From Bacillota bacterium (GTDB taxonomy: Bacteria; Bacillota; JAAYKD01): a stretch of 64,000 nucleotides of DNA. The notes below the pieces were generated by a model, which saw nothing but the letters and a program-made list of their open reading frames with translations, ran no database searches and had not been told where the DNA came from. Positions within the stretch are counted from its first letter, which is position 1. Each line of letters begins with the position of its first letter. Position numbers and translations under genes: made by a program. The stretch is from NCBI GenBank assembly GCA_963666425.2, contig OY762825.2:928001-992000 (forward strand), written 5' to 3'. Below, one piece after another: positions 47,095 through 56,994 of the stretch.

Positions 47095-47750
47095 CAGGCC
47101 ACCCCTTTCAGAATATAATCCACAAAAATACCGGAGGTCATAATATAATTGCGGTCCAATTCGCCAACTTCTACAATCGTCTCAGCTGTGGCAATCACCA
47201 CATCGCAAGCCATCGCCATCAGATGATTGAAATTCTTGGTCGTTCCTTCATAAAAGCAATTACCAGCCTGATCAATCACGGTCGCATGAATCAGGGCGAT
47301 ATCCCCGTGCAGCGGCAATTCCAGCAAGTAATCTTTGCCGTTGACCGAGATGATTTGTTTGCCCTGCTCGATTTCGGTGCCCAAACCGGTGGCAGTCAGC
47401 ACGCCGCCCAAGCCACTGCCGCCGCAGCGAATCCGTTCGGCCAACGTCCCTTGCGGCACCAGTTCCACTTCCAATTCGCCGGTGCTCATTTGCTGCCCGG
47501 TTTCCGGATTCATGCCAATATGCGAGACGATTAATTTCTTAACTCGTTTGGTAGCGATCAATTTGGAGATACCGATTCCCGGCATCGCGGTATCATTGGC
47601 AATGATCGTATAATCTTGCACATCCTTGGCAATCAGAGCATCCACCAACCGCTCAGAAGTGCCATTGCCAAGAAAACCGCCAATCATCACAGTCATGCCA
47701 TCGCGGAATAACTGCATGGCTGTACTGAGATCGATCAATTTATTCTTCAC
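47094..47750 (-). CDS. atoD: Acetoacetate:acyl-CoA transferase subunit A
   Basis: GTG start 47750 after GAAGGTG; DGMTVMIGGF, PQGTLAERIRCGGSG. Confidence 0.92.
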   Translation of the reverse strand: MKNKLIDLSTAMQLFRDGMTVMIGGFLGNGTSERLVDALIAKDVQDYTIIANDTAMPGIGISKLIATKRVKKLIVSHIGMNPETGQQMSTGELEVELVPQGTLAERIRCGGSGLGGVLTATGLGTEIEQGKQIISVNGKDYLLELPLHGDIALIHATVIDQAGNCFYEGTTKNFNHLMAMACDVVIATAETIVEVGELDRNYIMTSGIFVDYILKGVA

Positions 47751-47754
47751 GTCA

Positions 47755-48621
47755 TCACCTTCCCTGTTCCTGCTGTTCATACAGGAAGAATCCCGCTTTG
47801 CTTTTGCGTCCCAATTTTCCGGCCCGCACCATCTTACGCAAGTAAGGCTGCGGACGATATTTGCTGTCGCCGGTTTCCCGCTGCAGTACCTCCATAATGT
47901 CAAGCACTACATCCAGTCCGATTAAATCAGCCAAGGCCAAAGGGCCCATGGGATGATTGGCTCCCAGCTGCATGGCTGTGTCAATATCCGCTGCAGAAGC
48001 AATCCCTTCTGCCAGAATCCCGATCGCTTCGTTGATCATCGGAATCAGGATGCGGTTGACGACAAAGCCGGGCGCTTCCTCCACCAACACGGCTTGCTTC
48101 TCCAGTTTAGCGCAGAAGCCTCGAATCACCTGGATCGTTGCTTCGCTGGTTTGGCTGCCTTTGACGATTTCCACCAATTTCATCAGAGGAGCTGGATTGA
48201 AGAAGTGCATGCCGATCATCCGCTGCGGACACTGCACCGCGGCAGCCAGTTCGGTGATCGACAGTGAGGAAGTATTGCTGGCAAAGATCGTCTGCGTGCT
48301 GCAAACTAAATCGAGCTGACGAAAGAGCTCTTTTTTGACTGCTGCTTTCTCTACCACTGCTTCCAACACCAATTCACACGGAACAGCCTCTTCTATGGCA
48401 GTGGCTTGATGCAGATTGTTCTGCAGCGCACGTTTGGCATCCGCTGAAAGACGGCCTTTCTCCACCTGGCGGCTCAGGATTTTATCGATGTTGGCAAAAC
48501 TTCTCTCCACTGCCAGAGGATTGAGATCATAAAGATAAGTCGTAAAGCCTGCCGCCGCAAAACATTGCGCGATGCCGCTGCCCATCGTGCCGGCGCCAAT
48601 CACAAAAACACTCATTTTCAT
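47755..48621 (-). CDS. hbd: 3-hydroxybutyryl-CoA dehydrogenase
   Basis: GAGTMGSGIA, ASNTSSLSIT, GMHFFNP, GANHPMGPL. Confidence 0.93.
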   Translation of the reverse strand: MKMSVFVIGAGTMGSGIAQCFAAAGFTTYLYDLNPLAVERSFANIDKILSRQVEKGRLSADAKRALQNNLHQATAIEEAVPCELVLEAVVEKAAVKKELFRQLDLVCSTQTIFASNTSSLSITELAAAVQCPQRMIGMHFFNPAPLMKLVEIVKGSQTSEATIQVIRGFCAKLEKQAVLVEEAPGFVVNRILIPMINEAIGILAEGIASAADIDTAMQLGANHPMGPLALADLIGLDVVLDIMEVLQRETGDSKYRPQPYLRKMVRAGKLGRKSKAGFFLYEQQEQGR

Positions 48622-48636
48622 CTTCTCCCCGTTTTA

Positions 48637-49407
48637 TTATTTCTGCCTGGCTCTGCCGCGCTGTAAAAAAGCGGTCATCCGCTCCTGTCGGTCCGCTGCT
48701 GCAAAGCAACGCTGAAATGCGCTGGCTTCCCGCTGACAGTCTGCCGCCAGCAAAGCTGTCTGCTGCGCCATCAACAGTTGTTTGGCTTCTCTGACCGCAA
48801 CGCGGCTGCATTGACCGAACCGCTGCAGTGTTCGCTCCAGTAAAGCTTCCAAATCTGCCGGTTCAGCCAGATATTCCACTAAGCCAATCCGATAAGCTTC
48901 CTCACCTTGAATGGTTTCACCGCTGAACAACAAACGTTTGGCTTGCCCTAAGCCAACCAAACGAACCAAACGAAAGCTGCCGCCAAAAGCGGGCGTGATG
49001 CCGAGTCCGGTTTCCGGTTGGCCAAAAACGGCTCGGGTGGAGGCGATACGCAAGTCGCAGGCCATCGCCAATTCCATGCCGCCGCCCAGGGCGTAGCCTT
49101 GCACCAGCGCAATGCTGGGGATGCTCAGCTGTTCTAATTGAGCAAAGACCCGATTGCCGTTTTGTGAAAATGCGTAAGCTTGTTCCGGTGTGAGATCCTG
49201 CATTTCGCTGATATCAGCACCGGCCACAAAGGCCTTTTCCTCGGCACCGCGTAAAACCAGACAACTGAGCGACTGAATGGCTGCGAGTGTGGTGAAAGCT
49301 TCTGATAATTCCTGTAATACTTCACTGTTCAGCGCATTCAGCGCCTGCGGCCGCTGGATCGTCAGGATGGCAACATTTTCCTTGATTTCCAAGCAAGTGT
49401 TATTCAT
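48637..49407 (-). CDS. crt: Crotonase (enoyl-CoA hydratase)
   Basis: RPQALNALN, AFVAGADI, ALGGGMELAMACD, FGQPETGLG. Confidence 0.9.
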   Translation of the reverse strand: MNNTCLEIKENVAILTIQRPQALNALNSEVLQELSEAFTTLAAIQSLSCLVLRGAEEKAFVAGADISEMQDLTPEQAYAFSQNGNRVFAQLEQLSIPSIALVQGYALGGGMELAMACDLRIASTRAVFGQPETGLGITPAFGGSFRLVRLVGLGQAKRLLFSGETIQGEEAYRIGLVEYLAEPADLEALLERTLQRFGQCSRVAVREAKQLLMAQQTALLAADCQREASAFQRCFAAADRQERMTAFLQRGRARQK

Positions 49408-49409
49408 TT

Positions 49410-50609
49410 TTAATTCTCCCTGCAGCGCTCGTCACGTTCGACAATCAGAGCCTCTCCCATTCCGCCGCCGATACAAAGCGTGGCTAAACCATATCGCAGA
49501 CTGCGCTTTTTCATTTCATACAGCAAGCTAACCAAGATCCGGGCACCCGACGCGCCAATGGGATGTCCCAGGGCAATGGCGCCGCCGTTGACATTGACCT
49601 TGTCCGAATTCCAGCCTAATTCCTGCATGACAGCCAGTGATTGGGCGGCAAACGCTTCGTTCGCCTCAATCAAATCCAATTGATCCATTGTCATTTCTGC
49701 TTTGACCAAAGCTTGCTGCACCGCTGGAATCGGTCCCAATCCCATAAAGGCCGGATCTACCCCGGCAGAGCCGCTGGCCACAATCCGTGCCAGTGGTTTT
49801 AAGTGATTTTCCAGCAAAAAACGTTCCCCGCAGACAATCACCGCGGCTGCTCCGTCGTTGATACCGGAAGCGTTACCGGCGGTGACAGTACCCTCTTTGC
49901 TGAAAGCAGGCCGTAAGCGCTGCAATCCGGCCAGGTTGCTGCCGAAACGAGGATGCTCATCCTGTTGAAAAATCGTCACGTTTTTTTTGCGGTCCACCAA
50001 TTCGATCGGCACAATTTCATCAACAAAGCGTCCGCTTTGGATGGCAGCCTCCGCTTTTAGCTGTGAGGCCAAGGCGAATTGATCTTGGGCTTCCCTTGTG
50101 ATCTGATAGCGCTGGGCGACATTTTCCGCAGTCAAACCCATATGATATTGCAAAAAGACGTCCGTCAGACCATCGTAAACCATCAGATCCGTTGCCTCGG
50201 CATTGCCCATACGGGCACCATAGCGCATGCTCTGCAGCGCATAGGGAGCAAGATCCATATTCTCCATGCCCCCGGCGACCACACAATCGGCTTCTCCGGC
50301 TAAAATGCTGCGCTGCGCGTAAACAACCGCTGTTAAACCGGAACCGCAGACTTTATTGATGGTCATGGCGGGGATCGTATAGGGAATTCCGGCTTTGACT
50401 GCTGCCTGGCGGGCAGGGTTTTGACCCAAGCCAGCCTGTAGGACATTACCCATGACCACTTCGCTAACCTGATTGCTCTGCAAAGCTGCTCGCTCTAGCG
50501 CCGCCGCGATCACTTTAGCAGCCAATTCTACCGCTGGTGTGTCTTTCAGACTGCCGTTCATCGTGCCGATAGCGGTACGGCAGGCACTGACGATGTAGAT
50601 TTTCTCCAT
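49410..50609 (-). CDS. thlA: Acetyl-CoA C-acetyltransferase (thiolase)
   Basis: ATG 50609; [35 protein letters not shown]. Confidence 0.95.
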   Translation of the reverse strand: MEKIYIVSACRTAIGTMNGSLKDTPAVELAAKVIAAALERAALQSNQVSEVVMGNVLQAGLGQNPARQAAVKAGIPYTIPAMTINKVCGSGLTAVVYAQRSILAGEADCVVAGGMENMDLAPYALQSMRYGARMGNAEATDLMVYDGLTDVFLQYHMGLTAENVAQRYQITREAQDQFALASQLKAEAAIQSGRFVDEIVPIELVDRKKNVTIFQQDEHPRFGSNLAGLQRLRPAFSKEGTVTAGNASGINDGAAAVIVCGERFLLENHLKPLARIVASGSAGVDPAFMGLGPIPAVQQALVKAEMTMDQLDLIEANEAFAAQSLAVMQELGWNSDKVNVNGGAIALGHPIGASGARILVSLLYEMKKRSLRYGLATLCIGGGMGEALIVERDERCREN

Positions 50610-50704
50610 TGTTCCCTCTCCTTTGTTTTCTTCGCCGGATTTTTCTAAAGCGGATCCGGTTTCCGCTTGCACTCGCTAAAAAGCTCGCACCGCAAGCAGC
50701 CCTG

Positions 50705-51502
50705 CTAAGTTCGCCGCAACGTCTGCCGGCGAATCATTTCTTTGGCAATAAACGTCGCCACATCATCGGCGTATTTACCGGCACCAAATCCGGCGTCATA
50801 ACCCAATTCTTTGGCCAACTCACCGGTGATACGCGCACCGCCGCAAATCATCAGCAGCTGCTCCCGCACTCCTTCCGCCTCACTCAATTCAATCAGTTCG
50901 GTTAAGTTTCTGATATGAACCTCTTTCTGCGTCACGGTCTGCGAGACCAAAAGCACATCCGCCGCCACTTGCAGCGCCTTTTGCAGCAGCTCTTCATTGG
51001 CTACCTGGCTGCCGAGATTATAGGTTTCAAACATCTCATAACGTTCCAGACCGTAATGACCGGCAAAGCCTTTGCGGTTGATAATCGCGTCAATCCCCAC
51101 CGTATGCGCATCACTGCCGGTGGAAGCGCCGACCACAACGATCTTGCGGCCCAATTCGCTGCGAATCAAAGCATCCGTTGCTGCCAGCGACATGGCTTGC
51201 TCAGCCATCGCCGCAACCTGAAGCTTGCTGTAATCCACACTGTGCAGCAGAGAGCCATAGAGAATATAGAATGAAAAATGACGATCCAAACGCTGATGAT
51301 GAACCACGGAAGCGTTCGACAAACCCATTTGAGCGGCCAACGCCAAAGCGGCCGCCACACCCTTTTCATCGTCGGCAACCGGCAGACTAAAGCTCAGCTG
51401 CACTTTGCCGTCGTTCATCGTATCACCGTAGGGTTTCAGGTGCTGCAAGTCCAAGGCAGTCTCGGCAGCAGAACTCTGCTGTTTATACAGGCTTCCGCTC
51501 AT
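50705..51502 (-). CDS. kamE: Lysine 5,6-aminomutase beta subunit
   Basis: KPYGDTMNDGKVQLSF, B12-binding DAHTVG, PLP-lysine KGFAGHYGLE. Confidence 0.95.
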   Translation of the reverse strand: MSGSLYKQQSSAAETALDLQHLKPYGDTMNDGKVQLSFSLPVADDEKGVAAALALAAQMGLSNASVVHHQRLDRHFSFYILYGSLLHSVDYSKLQVAAMAEQAMSLAATDALIRSELGRKIVVVGASTGSDAHTVGIDAIINRKGFAGHYGLERYEMFETYNLGSQVANEELLQKALQVAADVLLVSQTVTQKEVHIRNLTELIELSEAEGVREQLLMICGGARITGELAKELGYDAGFGAGKYADDVATFIAKEMIRRQTLRRT

Positions 51503-53061
51503 CGCTCCATCCCCTCTCGCTGCATCGCTTCGGCAAACGGATTGAAGTAAACATATTCTTTGACCACCACACCCTCCAGACCCTTACCACCTGCTTTACT
51601 GCGGCGAATGTTGGCGAAAATGCCTTTTTCCAGTGCGGCAAAAAGTTGGATACGGTCGATTTCCCGCAATAAATCACAAGCTTTTTGCAGTACTTCTGCG
51701 GCGCGTGTCTCGACGATACCGCCGGAACGGAAGCTGATTTCATCCCCTAAATTCTGCATGGTACGAAAGACATACTGGGCATTGGCAATGGAAAGAGCGC
51801 GATCGGACATCAAAGGCGTATGAATGGCTTCAGTGAGCATACCGAGCAGATGGATCTTCTGCCCGGTCAGGATCGTTACCATATTAAACAGGGTATCCTG
51901 GACCTGGCCTTGGAAAATATCACCGGTCATAAACTTCGTGGGAGGCATATACTTCAGCGGTGCCTGCGGGAAGATTTCCCGCGCCATTTGGGCCTGCGCC
52001 AGCTCCAGGACAAAACCATTGGTCACATCGGGTGAGATTTCAAAAGCGTGGCCTAAGCCCATCTGTTCTGCAGGTAGCCCCGCCTGCAGGGCCAATTGTT
52101 CATTTAGAAACTGGGAAGCCAATACCGTATGCGCTTCTTCCACCGCATCGGCTGTCGTCAGATAATTGTCTTCTCCGGTATTAATGATCACACCGGCAAA
52201 GGCATTGATCCGGCGCGAAAAAGCCTGATCAATCAAAGTCCGCTGCATATTGATATCACGGAAGAGGATCCCGTAAAGCGCGTCGTTGAGCATCACATCC
52301 AAACGCTCCAGAGCGCCCATGGCGGCAATTTCCGGCATACAAAGCCCGGAGCAATAATTACAAAGACGAATATAGCGTCCGGTTTCCTCACCGACTCTAT
52401 CCAAGGCTGCCCGCATCAGCCGGAAGTTTTCCTGGGTGGCATAAGTGCCGCCAAAACCCTCCGTTGTGGCGCCGTAAGGCACATAATCCAACAAACTTTG
52501 CCCGGTGGTGCGAATCACGGCAATCACATCGGCTCCTTGTTTCGCTGCCGCTGTTGCCTGCGTGATGTCTTCATAGATATTGCCGGTTGCCACAATCAAA
52601 TAGAGCAAGGGGCCTTCTTTGTCGCCATGTTGTGCCAGAAAATCCTGCCGCACTTGCCGATTGGCTGTAATCCGCTGCAGCGCGGCTGACAAAAAGGGAG
52701 CCAAAGCCCGGCGCTGTGCTGCTCGATCCTGCCGCGGTATCCGGCTGAGGTCGAGCGAATCGGCCGCGATCGCTTCGACGATCTGCTGTGGGGTCATGCC
52801 AGATTGAATAACGGCATTGGCAATGGCATCGGCAGCACCGCAAGCCAGTAGATTTTTACTGACCAGGTGATCCACCAAAATATTCGGCAAGGGTACCTGT
52901 GCTGCTGTAATGCCATCAACGCCGAGTAAGCGGCAGATTGCCCGTTCCACACTGACGGTAGTATGACAATCAATGAATTCTTGGGTATGCTGGGCAATGT
53001 TGGCTGCATAACAGCGTGCCTGCGCCACTAAATCACGGTTTAAATTTAATTTACTTTGCAT
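51499..53061 (-). CDS. kamD: Lysine 5,6-aminomutase alpha subunit
   Basis: HTTVSVER, IVATGNIYED, RTTGQSLLDYVPYG, NYCSGLCMPE, KYMPPTK. Confidence 0.96.
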   Translation of the reverse strand: MQSKLNLNRDLVAQARCYAANIAQHTQEFIDCHTTVSVERAICRLLGVDGITAAQVPLPNILVDHLVSKNLLACGAADAIANAVIQSGMTPQQIVEAIAADSLDLSRIPRQDRAAQRRALAPFLSAALQRITANRQVRQDFLAQHGDKEGPLLYLIVATGNIYEDITQATAAAKQGADVIAVIRTTGQSLLDYVPYGATTEGFGGTYATQENFRLMRAALDRVGEETGRYIRLCNYCSGLCMPEIAAMGALERLDVMLNDALYGILFRDINMQRTLIDQAFSRRINAFAGVIINTGEDNYLTTADAVEEAHTVLASQFLNEQLALQAGLPAEQMGLGHAFEISPDVTNGFVLELAQAQMAREIFPQAPLKYMPPTKFMTGDIFQGQVQDTLFNMVTILTGQKIHLLGMLTEAIHTPLMSDRALSIANAQYVFRTMQNLGDEISFRSGGIVETRAAEVLQKACDLLREIDRIQLFAALEKGIFANIRRSKAGGKGLEGVVVKEYVYFNPFAEAMQREGMER

Positions 53062-54329
53062 GAGGATGCCTTGCTTTCATGCTGATTGCGCAAATGGCGC
53101 GCCAAATTATCGGGTTCCAGAGAGAGTCCGATCCCCTGTTCCAATTGTGCGACTCCGCTGATGGCTGCCGCCTGTTCTTTGCGGCAGACCGGACAATGAC
53201 AGACATTTTCATAATGGCGCGGTTCGGTATAAGCAGCAATCACACCTTCGAAATTGCGCAGAATCACCCGATCCGGCGTCTCACTGATCAGATAATTCGG
53301 CATGACCGGAATCTTGCCGCCGCCGCCGGGTGCATCGATTACATAGGTAGGAACGGCAAAGCCGGAGGTGTGTCCACGCAATGCTTCAATAATCTCAATG
53401 CCTTTGCTGACCGGAGTCCGGAAGTGTTCCAAGCCGAAAGAAAGATCGCATTGATAAAGATAATAAGGCCGCACTCTGATTTTCACCAATTCCTGCACCA
53501 GGTTTTTCATGACAAAGACGCAATCATTGACCCCGGCCAGTAAAACGCTTTGATTGCCCAGGGGAATCCCGACATCCGCCAGGCGGCTGCAGGCAGCCGT
53601 GGATTCGGCGGTAATTTCATTGGCATGATTAAAATGCGTGTTCAGCCAAATCGGATGGTATTTTTTCAGCATCTCCACCAATTCTGGCGTAATACGCTGG
53701 GGACAGACCACCGGCATGCGCGAACCGATGCGAATGATTTCCACATGCGGAATCGCCCGCAGTGCGGCAATGATCGTTTCCAGACGATCGTCGCTCAGCG
53801 TCAGGGGATCACCGCCGGAGAGCAGCACATCCCGTATTTCGCTATGGGCAGCGATGTAAGCAATACCGCGCCGGATGCGATCCATCGCCACAGCACTGTC
53901 ATGCTGACCGGCAAAACGTCGCCGCGTGCAATGCCGGCAATACATGGAGCACTGATCGGTTACCAAAAAAAGCACTCTGTCCGGATAACGATGGGTCACA
54001 CCGGGCACAGGAGCATCCTCATCCTCATGCAGAGGATCCATTAAGTCGGCAGGTGCCCGCTGCAATTCCTGCGCGGTGGGAACTGCCTGACGGCGAATCG
54101 GACACCAGGGGTCATTCGGATCGATCAGGCTGAGATAATACGGTGTAATCGCCATGCGCAAATTGCCCAGGCACTGCGCGATGCCCAGCTCTTCTTCCGG
54201 TGTCAGGGAGAGATAAGTTTTCAGCTGCGCCAGTGTTTCAATTCGATTTTCAATTTGCCAATGCCAATCCTGCCATTGCTGATCCGAAACATGCGGAAAT
54301 AACTCTGTTCTTCTGGATACGCTGGACAA
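53046..54329 (-). CDS. kamA: Lysine 2,3-aminomutase (radical SAM)
   Basis: THRYPDRVL, CSMYCRHCTRRR, APGGGGKIP; start TTG 54329 (alternative GTG 54338). Confidence 0.96.
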   Translation of the reverse strand: MSSVSRRTELFPHVSDQQWQDWHWQIENRIETLAQLKTYLSLTPEEELGIAQCLGNLRMAITPYYLSLIDPNDPWCPIRRQAVPTAQELQRAPADLMDPLHEDEDAPVPGVTHRYPDRVLFLVTDQCSMYCRHCTRRRFAGQHDSAVAMDRIRRGIAYIAAHSEIRDVLLSGGDPLTLSDDRLETIIAALRAIPHVEIIRIGSRMPVVCPQRITPELVEMLKKYHPIWLNTHFNHANEITAESTAACSRLADVGIPLGNQSVLLAGVNDCVFVMKNLVQELVKIRVRPYYLYQCDLSFGLEHFRTPVSKGIEIIEALRGHTSGFAVPTYVIDAPGGGGKIPVMPNYLISETPDRVILRNFEGVIAAYTEPRHYENVCHCPVCRKEQAAAISGVAQLEQGIGLSLEPDNLARHLRNQHESKASSCKVN

Positions 54330-54381
54330 AATGATCACCCTTTCTTATTTCAACGACTGTTTTGTCTGAATGAACCAGAAT

Positions 54382-55419
54382 CTAGACGTATTTTTCTTCA
54401 AAATAAGCCCGCAGCGCTGCATTTTCCCGTAATTCAGTTAACGTTACTTCGGCATGCCCTTTGGTGTAGCCATTGCCGATGATCATAGTCACATCCTTAC
54501 CGACGCCTTCCGCACCCAGGGCTGCTTTGGTGAAGCTGGTCGCCATTGAGAAAAAATAGACAATGCCATTGTCGCGCACCGGCAGGATACAGGCCATTTC
54601 CGTATTCGGAATATTGACGCAGCTGATGGAAATATCCACTTCTTTGCCCTGGTTTGCCGCCAAGGTTTTCTCCAGAACATCCAATGGCTGCGTAGCGCTG
54701 GAAACGATGACCTGATGCGCCAAATTCAGTGCTTTCAGCTTGCTGATATCGCTTTCTTTACGCACCATGGCGATGACATTACCGGTCGGTCCCGCACACT
54801 TCATGGCCTCATACAAGCAAAGCATACCGGATTTGCCACCCGCTCCCAGAATCAGAACACTGTCACCGGGTTTGACCAGTTTGGCGGTTTGTGCGGGAGC
54901 CCCGGCAATATCGAGCGCAGCGAGAGCCAGGTTTTCACTCATGTCGTCCGGCAATTTTGCATAGATACCGCTCTCAAAGAGAATGGCCTGGGCTTTCACA
55001 TCCACACGATCGATTGCTTGATGCACCGCGATAATTTCTTCGATGCAAAGCGGTGTCAGCGAGAGCGAAACCAGGGTCGCAATCTTATCACCGATTTTCA
55101 GTTCGGTATCCCGCAGAGCAGGACCGATGGCGGCAACATGCCCGATCAGCATGCCGCCGGACCCGGTCACGGGGTTCTGCATCTTGCCTTTTTCGGCTAC
55201 GATTGCCATGATTTGCGCCCGTATTTGTGCTTCATCGCCATTGACCGCTCGTTTGATCTGATTAAAGGAAGCGGAATCGATGTTCAAAGCCGTGACATTG
55301 ATCAGAATTTCATTATCATAAAGCACTGACATATCATTGTTGATCCGCGTGGCAGCCTGCGGCAGCACGCCCATCGGTTCCAGCACGCGGTGCGTGCCAT
55401 ATTTGTTGCCTAAATTCAT
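54382..55419 (-). CDS. kdd: L-erythro-3,5-diaminohexanoate dehydrogenase
   Basis: KYGTHRV, LNIDSASF, NPVTGSGGMLIG, FSMATSF, IGNGY. Confidence 0.94.
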   Translation of the reverse strand: MNLGNKYGTHRVLEPMGVLPQAATRINNDMSVLYDNEILINVTALNIDSASFNQIKRAVNGDEAQIRAQIMAIVAEKGKMQNPVTGSGGMLIGHVAAIGPALRDTELKIGDKIATLVSLSLTPLCIEEIIAVHQAIDRVDVKAQAILFESGIYAKLPDDMSENLALAALDIAGAPAQTAKLVKPGDSVLILGAGGKSGMLCLYEAMKCAGPTGNVIAMVRKESDISKLKALNLAHQVIVSSATQPLDVLEKTLAANQGKEVDISISCVNIPNTEMACILPVRDNGIVYFFSMATSFTKAALGAEGVGKDVTMIIGNGYTKGHAEVTLTELRENAALRAYFEEKYV

Positions 55420-55446
55420 GATAAAAACAACTCCTATCCCGGTTTT

Positions 55447-56277
55447 TTACTCTGCGCTGGGCAGTCCCAAAATGCTTCTGGCTTCCGCCGGTGTGGCCAC
55501 CTGACGTCCGAATTCATTGGCCAGGCGAACCACTTTTTCAACTAATTCACCATTGCTCTTGGCTTTGATTCCTTTGGCAAGATAGATCGTATCCTCAAAA
55601 CCCACTCTGACATGACCGCCCAGGATGATCGCCATGGCGGCGAGAGGAAAAGCCGCTCTCCCGATTCCTGTCACCGTGTAACTGGCCCCGGGCGGCAGAC
55701 TCTCCGCCAGGAATAAAAGATCCCGCGGTTCTCCGCTGATGCCGCCGTTGACACCCAAAACCAAATTGAAATGCAGCGGTCCGCTCAAATAACCTTGTTT
55801 TGTTAAGCGCAGCGCCATATCGATCATACCCTTATCGAACACTTCGATTTCTGGTTTCACCCGGTGCTCCTGCATATGAAGCGCAAATTCCTTAATCGTA
55901 TTTTCTGTATTGACAAAAATGTCATCGCCGCCAAAATTACAAGTACCGCAATCCAGCGAAGCCATGATCGGATTCAGGCTCAACGGCTGCAGGCGTTCGG
56001 TATTACTCATACCGGTTGCACCGCCGGTTGAGGGCTGCACGATCAAAGTGCTGGGACATTGCCGATAAATTTCCTCGATACAGGCCCGAAAGCGCTCCGC
56101 GCTTTGGGTCGGTCGGCCGTCATCTTCTCTGACATGCAGATGAATGATGCTGGCTCCAGCCTGCCAGGCTTGCTTGGCTTCCGCTCCGATTTCCGCGATC
56201 GTATAAGGGACAGCTGGATTCTGCTGCTTCGTCACTTCCGCACCGCAGATGGAAGCAGTGATGATCAATTTTTCCAT
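55447..56277 (-). CDS. kce: 3-keto-5-aminohexanoate cleavage enzyme
   Basis: Start MEKLIIT (ATG overlaps the kal stop); HLHVR, QPSTGG, CGTCNFG, HVRVGFED. Confidence 0.94.
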   Translation of the reverse strand: MEKLIITASICGAEVTKQQNPAVPYTIAEIGAEAKQAWQAGASIIHLHVREDDGRPTQSAERFRACIEEIYRQCPSTLIVQPSTGGATGMSNTERLQPLSLNPIMASLDCGTCNFGGDDIFVNTENTIKEFALHMQEHRVKPEIEVFDKGMIDMALRLTKQGYLSGPLHFNLVLGVNGGISGEPRDLLFLAESLPPGASYTVTGIGRAAFPLAAMAIILGGHVRVGFEDTIYLAKGIKAKSNGELVEKVVRLANEFGRQVATPAEARSILGLPSAE

Positions 56278-56675
56278 CACGATTCCCTGCTTTCTTTGTT
56301 TCTCTGTTTGCCTTTTGGTACAACGCAGGTACCGACTGCCTGACAAACCAGCACAGGCTGCGGCAGAACGTCACAGGCGGAATCATTCAGATCGGATCGC
56401 GGCATAATCACCTTATGAGCGAAAAATTCCATCTGCCGCGAGGTGTTGCCGACGCGGATGATCCGCCCCGTTGCTTCAATATAATCTCCGGCGTAAACGG
56501 GACTGAAAAACTCCACCTTCTCGTAAGCGCGAAATAAACCTTCATCTCCATCACTGCGAATCAAAAGTTCCGTAGCGACATCCCCGAACAACTGCAGCAT
56601 TTTTGCCCCGTCCACCAGATTGCCGCCATAATGGGCATCCTGGCTGCCCATGCGGACACGAATCATTACAGGCAT
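56277..56675 (-). CDS. kal: 3-aminobutyryl-CoA ammonia-lyase (hotdog fold)
   Basis: [34 protein letters not shown]. Confidence 0.94.
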   Translation of the reverse strand: MPVMIRVRMGSQDAHYGGNLVDGAKMLQLFGDVATELLIRSDGDEGLFRAYEKVEFFSPVYAGDYIEATGRIIRVGNTSRQMEFFAHKVIMPRSDLNDSACDVLPQPVLVCQAVGTCVVPKGKQRNKESRES

Positions 56676-56716
56676 TTTTTCTCCCTCCTTTTTTTGTTTT
56701 GCTCTGTTTTGACCGC

Positions 56717-56763
56717 AAAAAAAGCGCTAGGGTTATCAAATACAAGATTTGATCTCCAGCGCT
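56717..56763 (-). terminator. Leader terminator overlapping the 3' end of lysine riboswitch 2
   Basis: AGCGCTGG-AG-ATCAAAT-CTTGT-ATTTGAT-AACC-CTAGCGCT followed by TTTTTT. Confidence 0.8.
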
Positions 56764-56925
56764 CCATGGTTATTTTACCATGACAGAACCGTTGCTCTCG
56801 GCAACGATTCCAAAGCAGGCAGCAAAACGTGCTGTCAGCTTTTCGGCAGGTGTTACATTCGGCCGGTTCATCCAGGACGTTCCCTATCCCCGGTTTACCT
56901 TACAACCTGCTCCTCTATCCCTATT
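56752..56925 (-). ncRNA. Lysine riboswitch, predicted ON type
   Basis: Minus strand AGAGGAGC, AGGTA/GAATG loop, GCCGAA, TTGG, P4 AATCGTTGC-CGAGA-GCAACGGTT, CTGTCATGGT...ACCATGGAGCGCT. Confidence 0.85.
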
Positions 56926-56937
56926 CACTTTATTTAC

Positions 56938-56966
56938 AATATAACAATATTTTACAAAATAGTCAA
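56938..56966 (-). promoter_or_regulatory. Sigma-A promoter of the lysine operon leader
   Basis: TTGACT (56966-56961), 17 bp, TATATT (56943-56938) with extended TG. Confidence 0.7.
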
Positions 56967-56994
56967 GTAGCAGAGCGGAATTCTCACAAATAAT

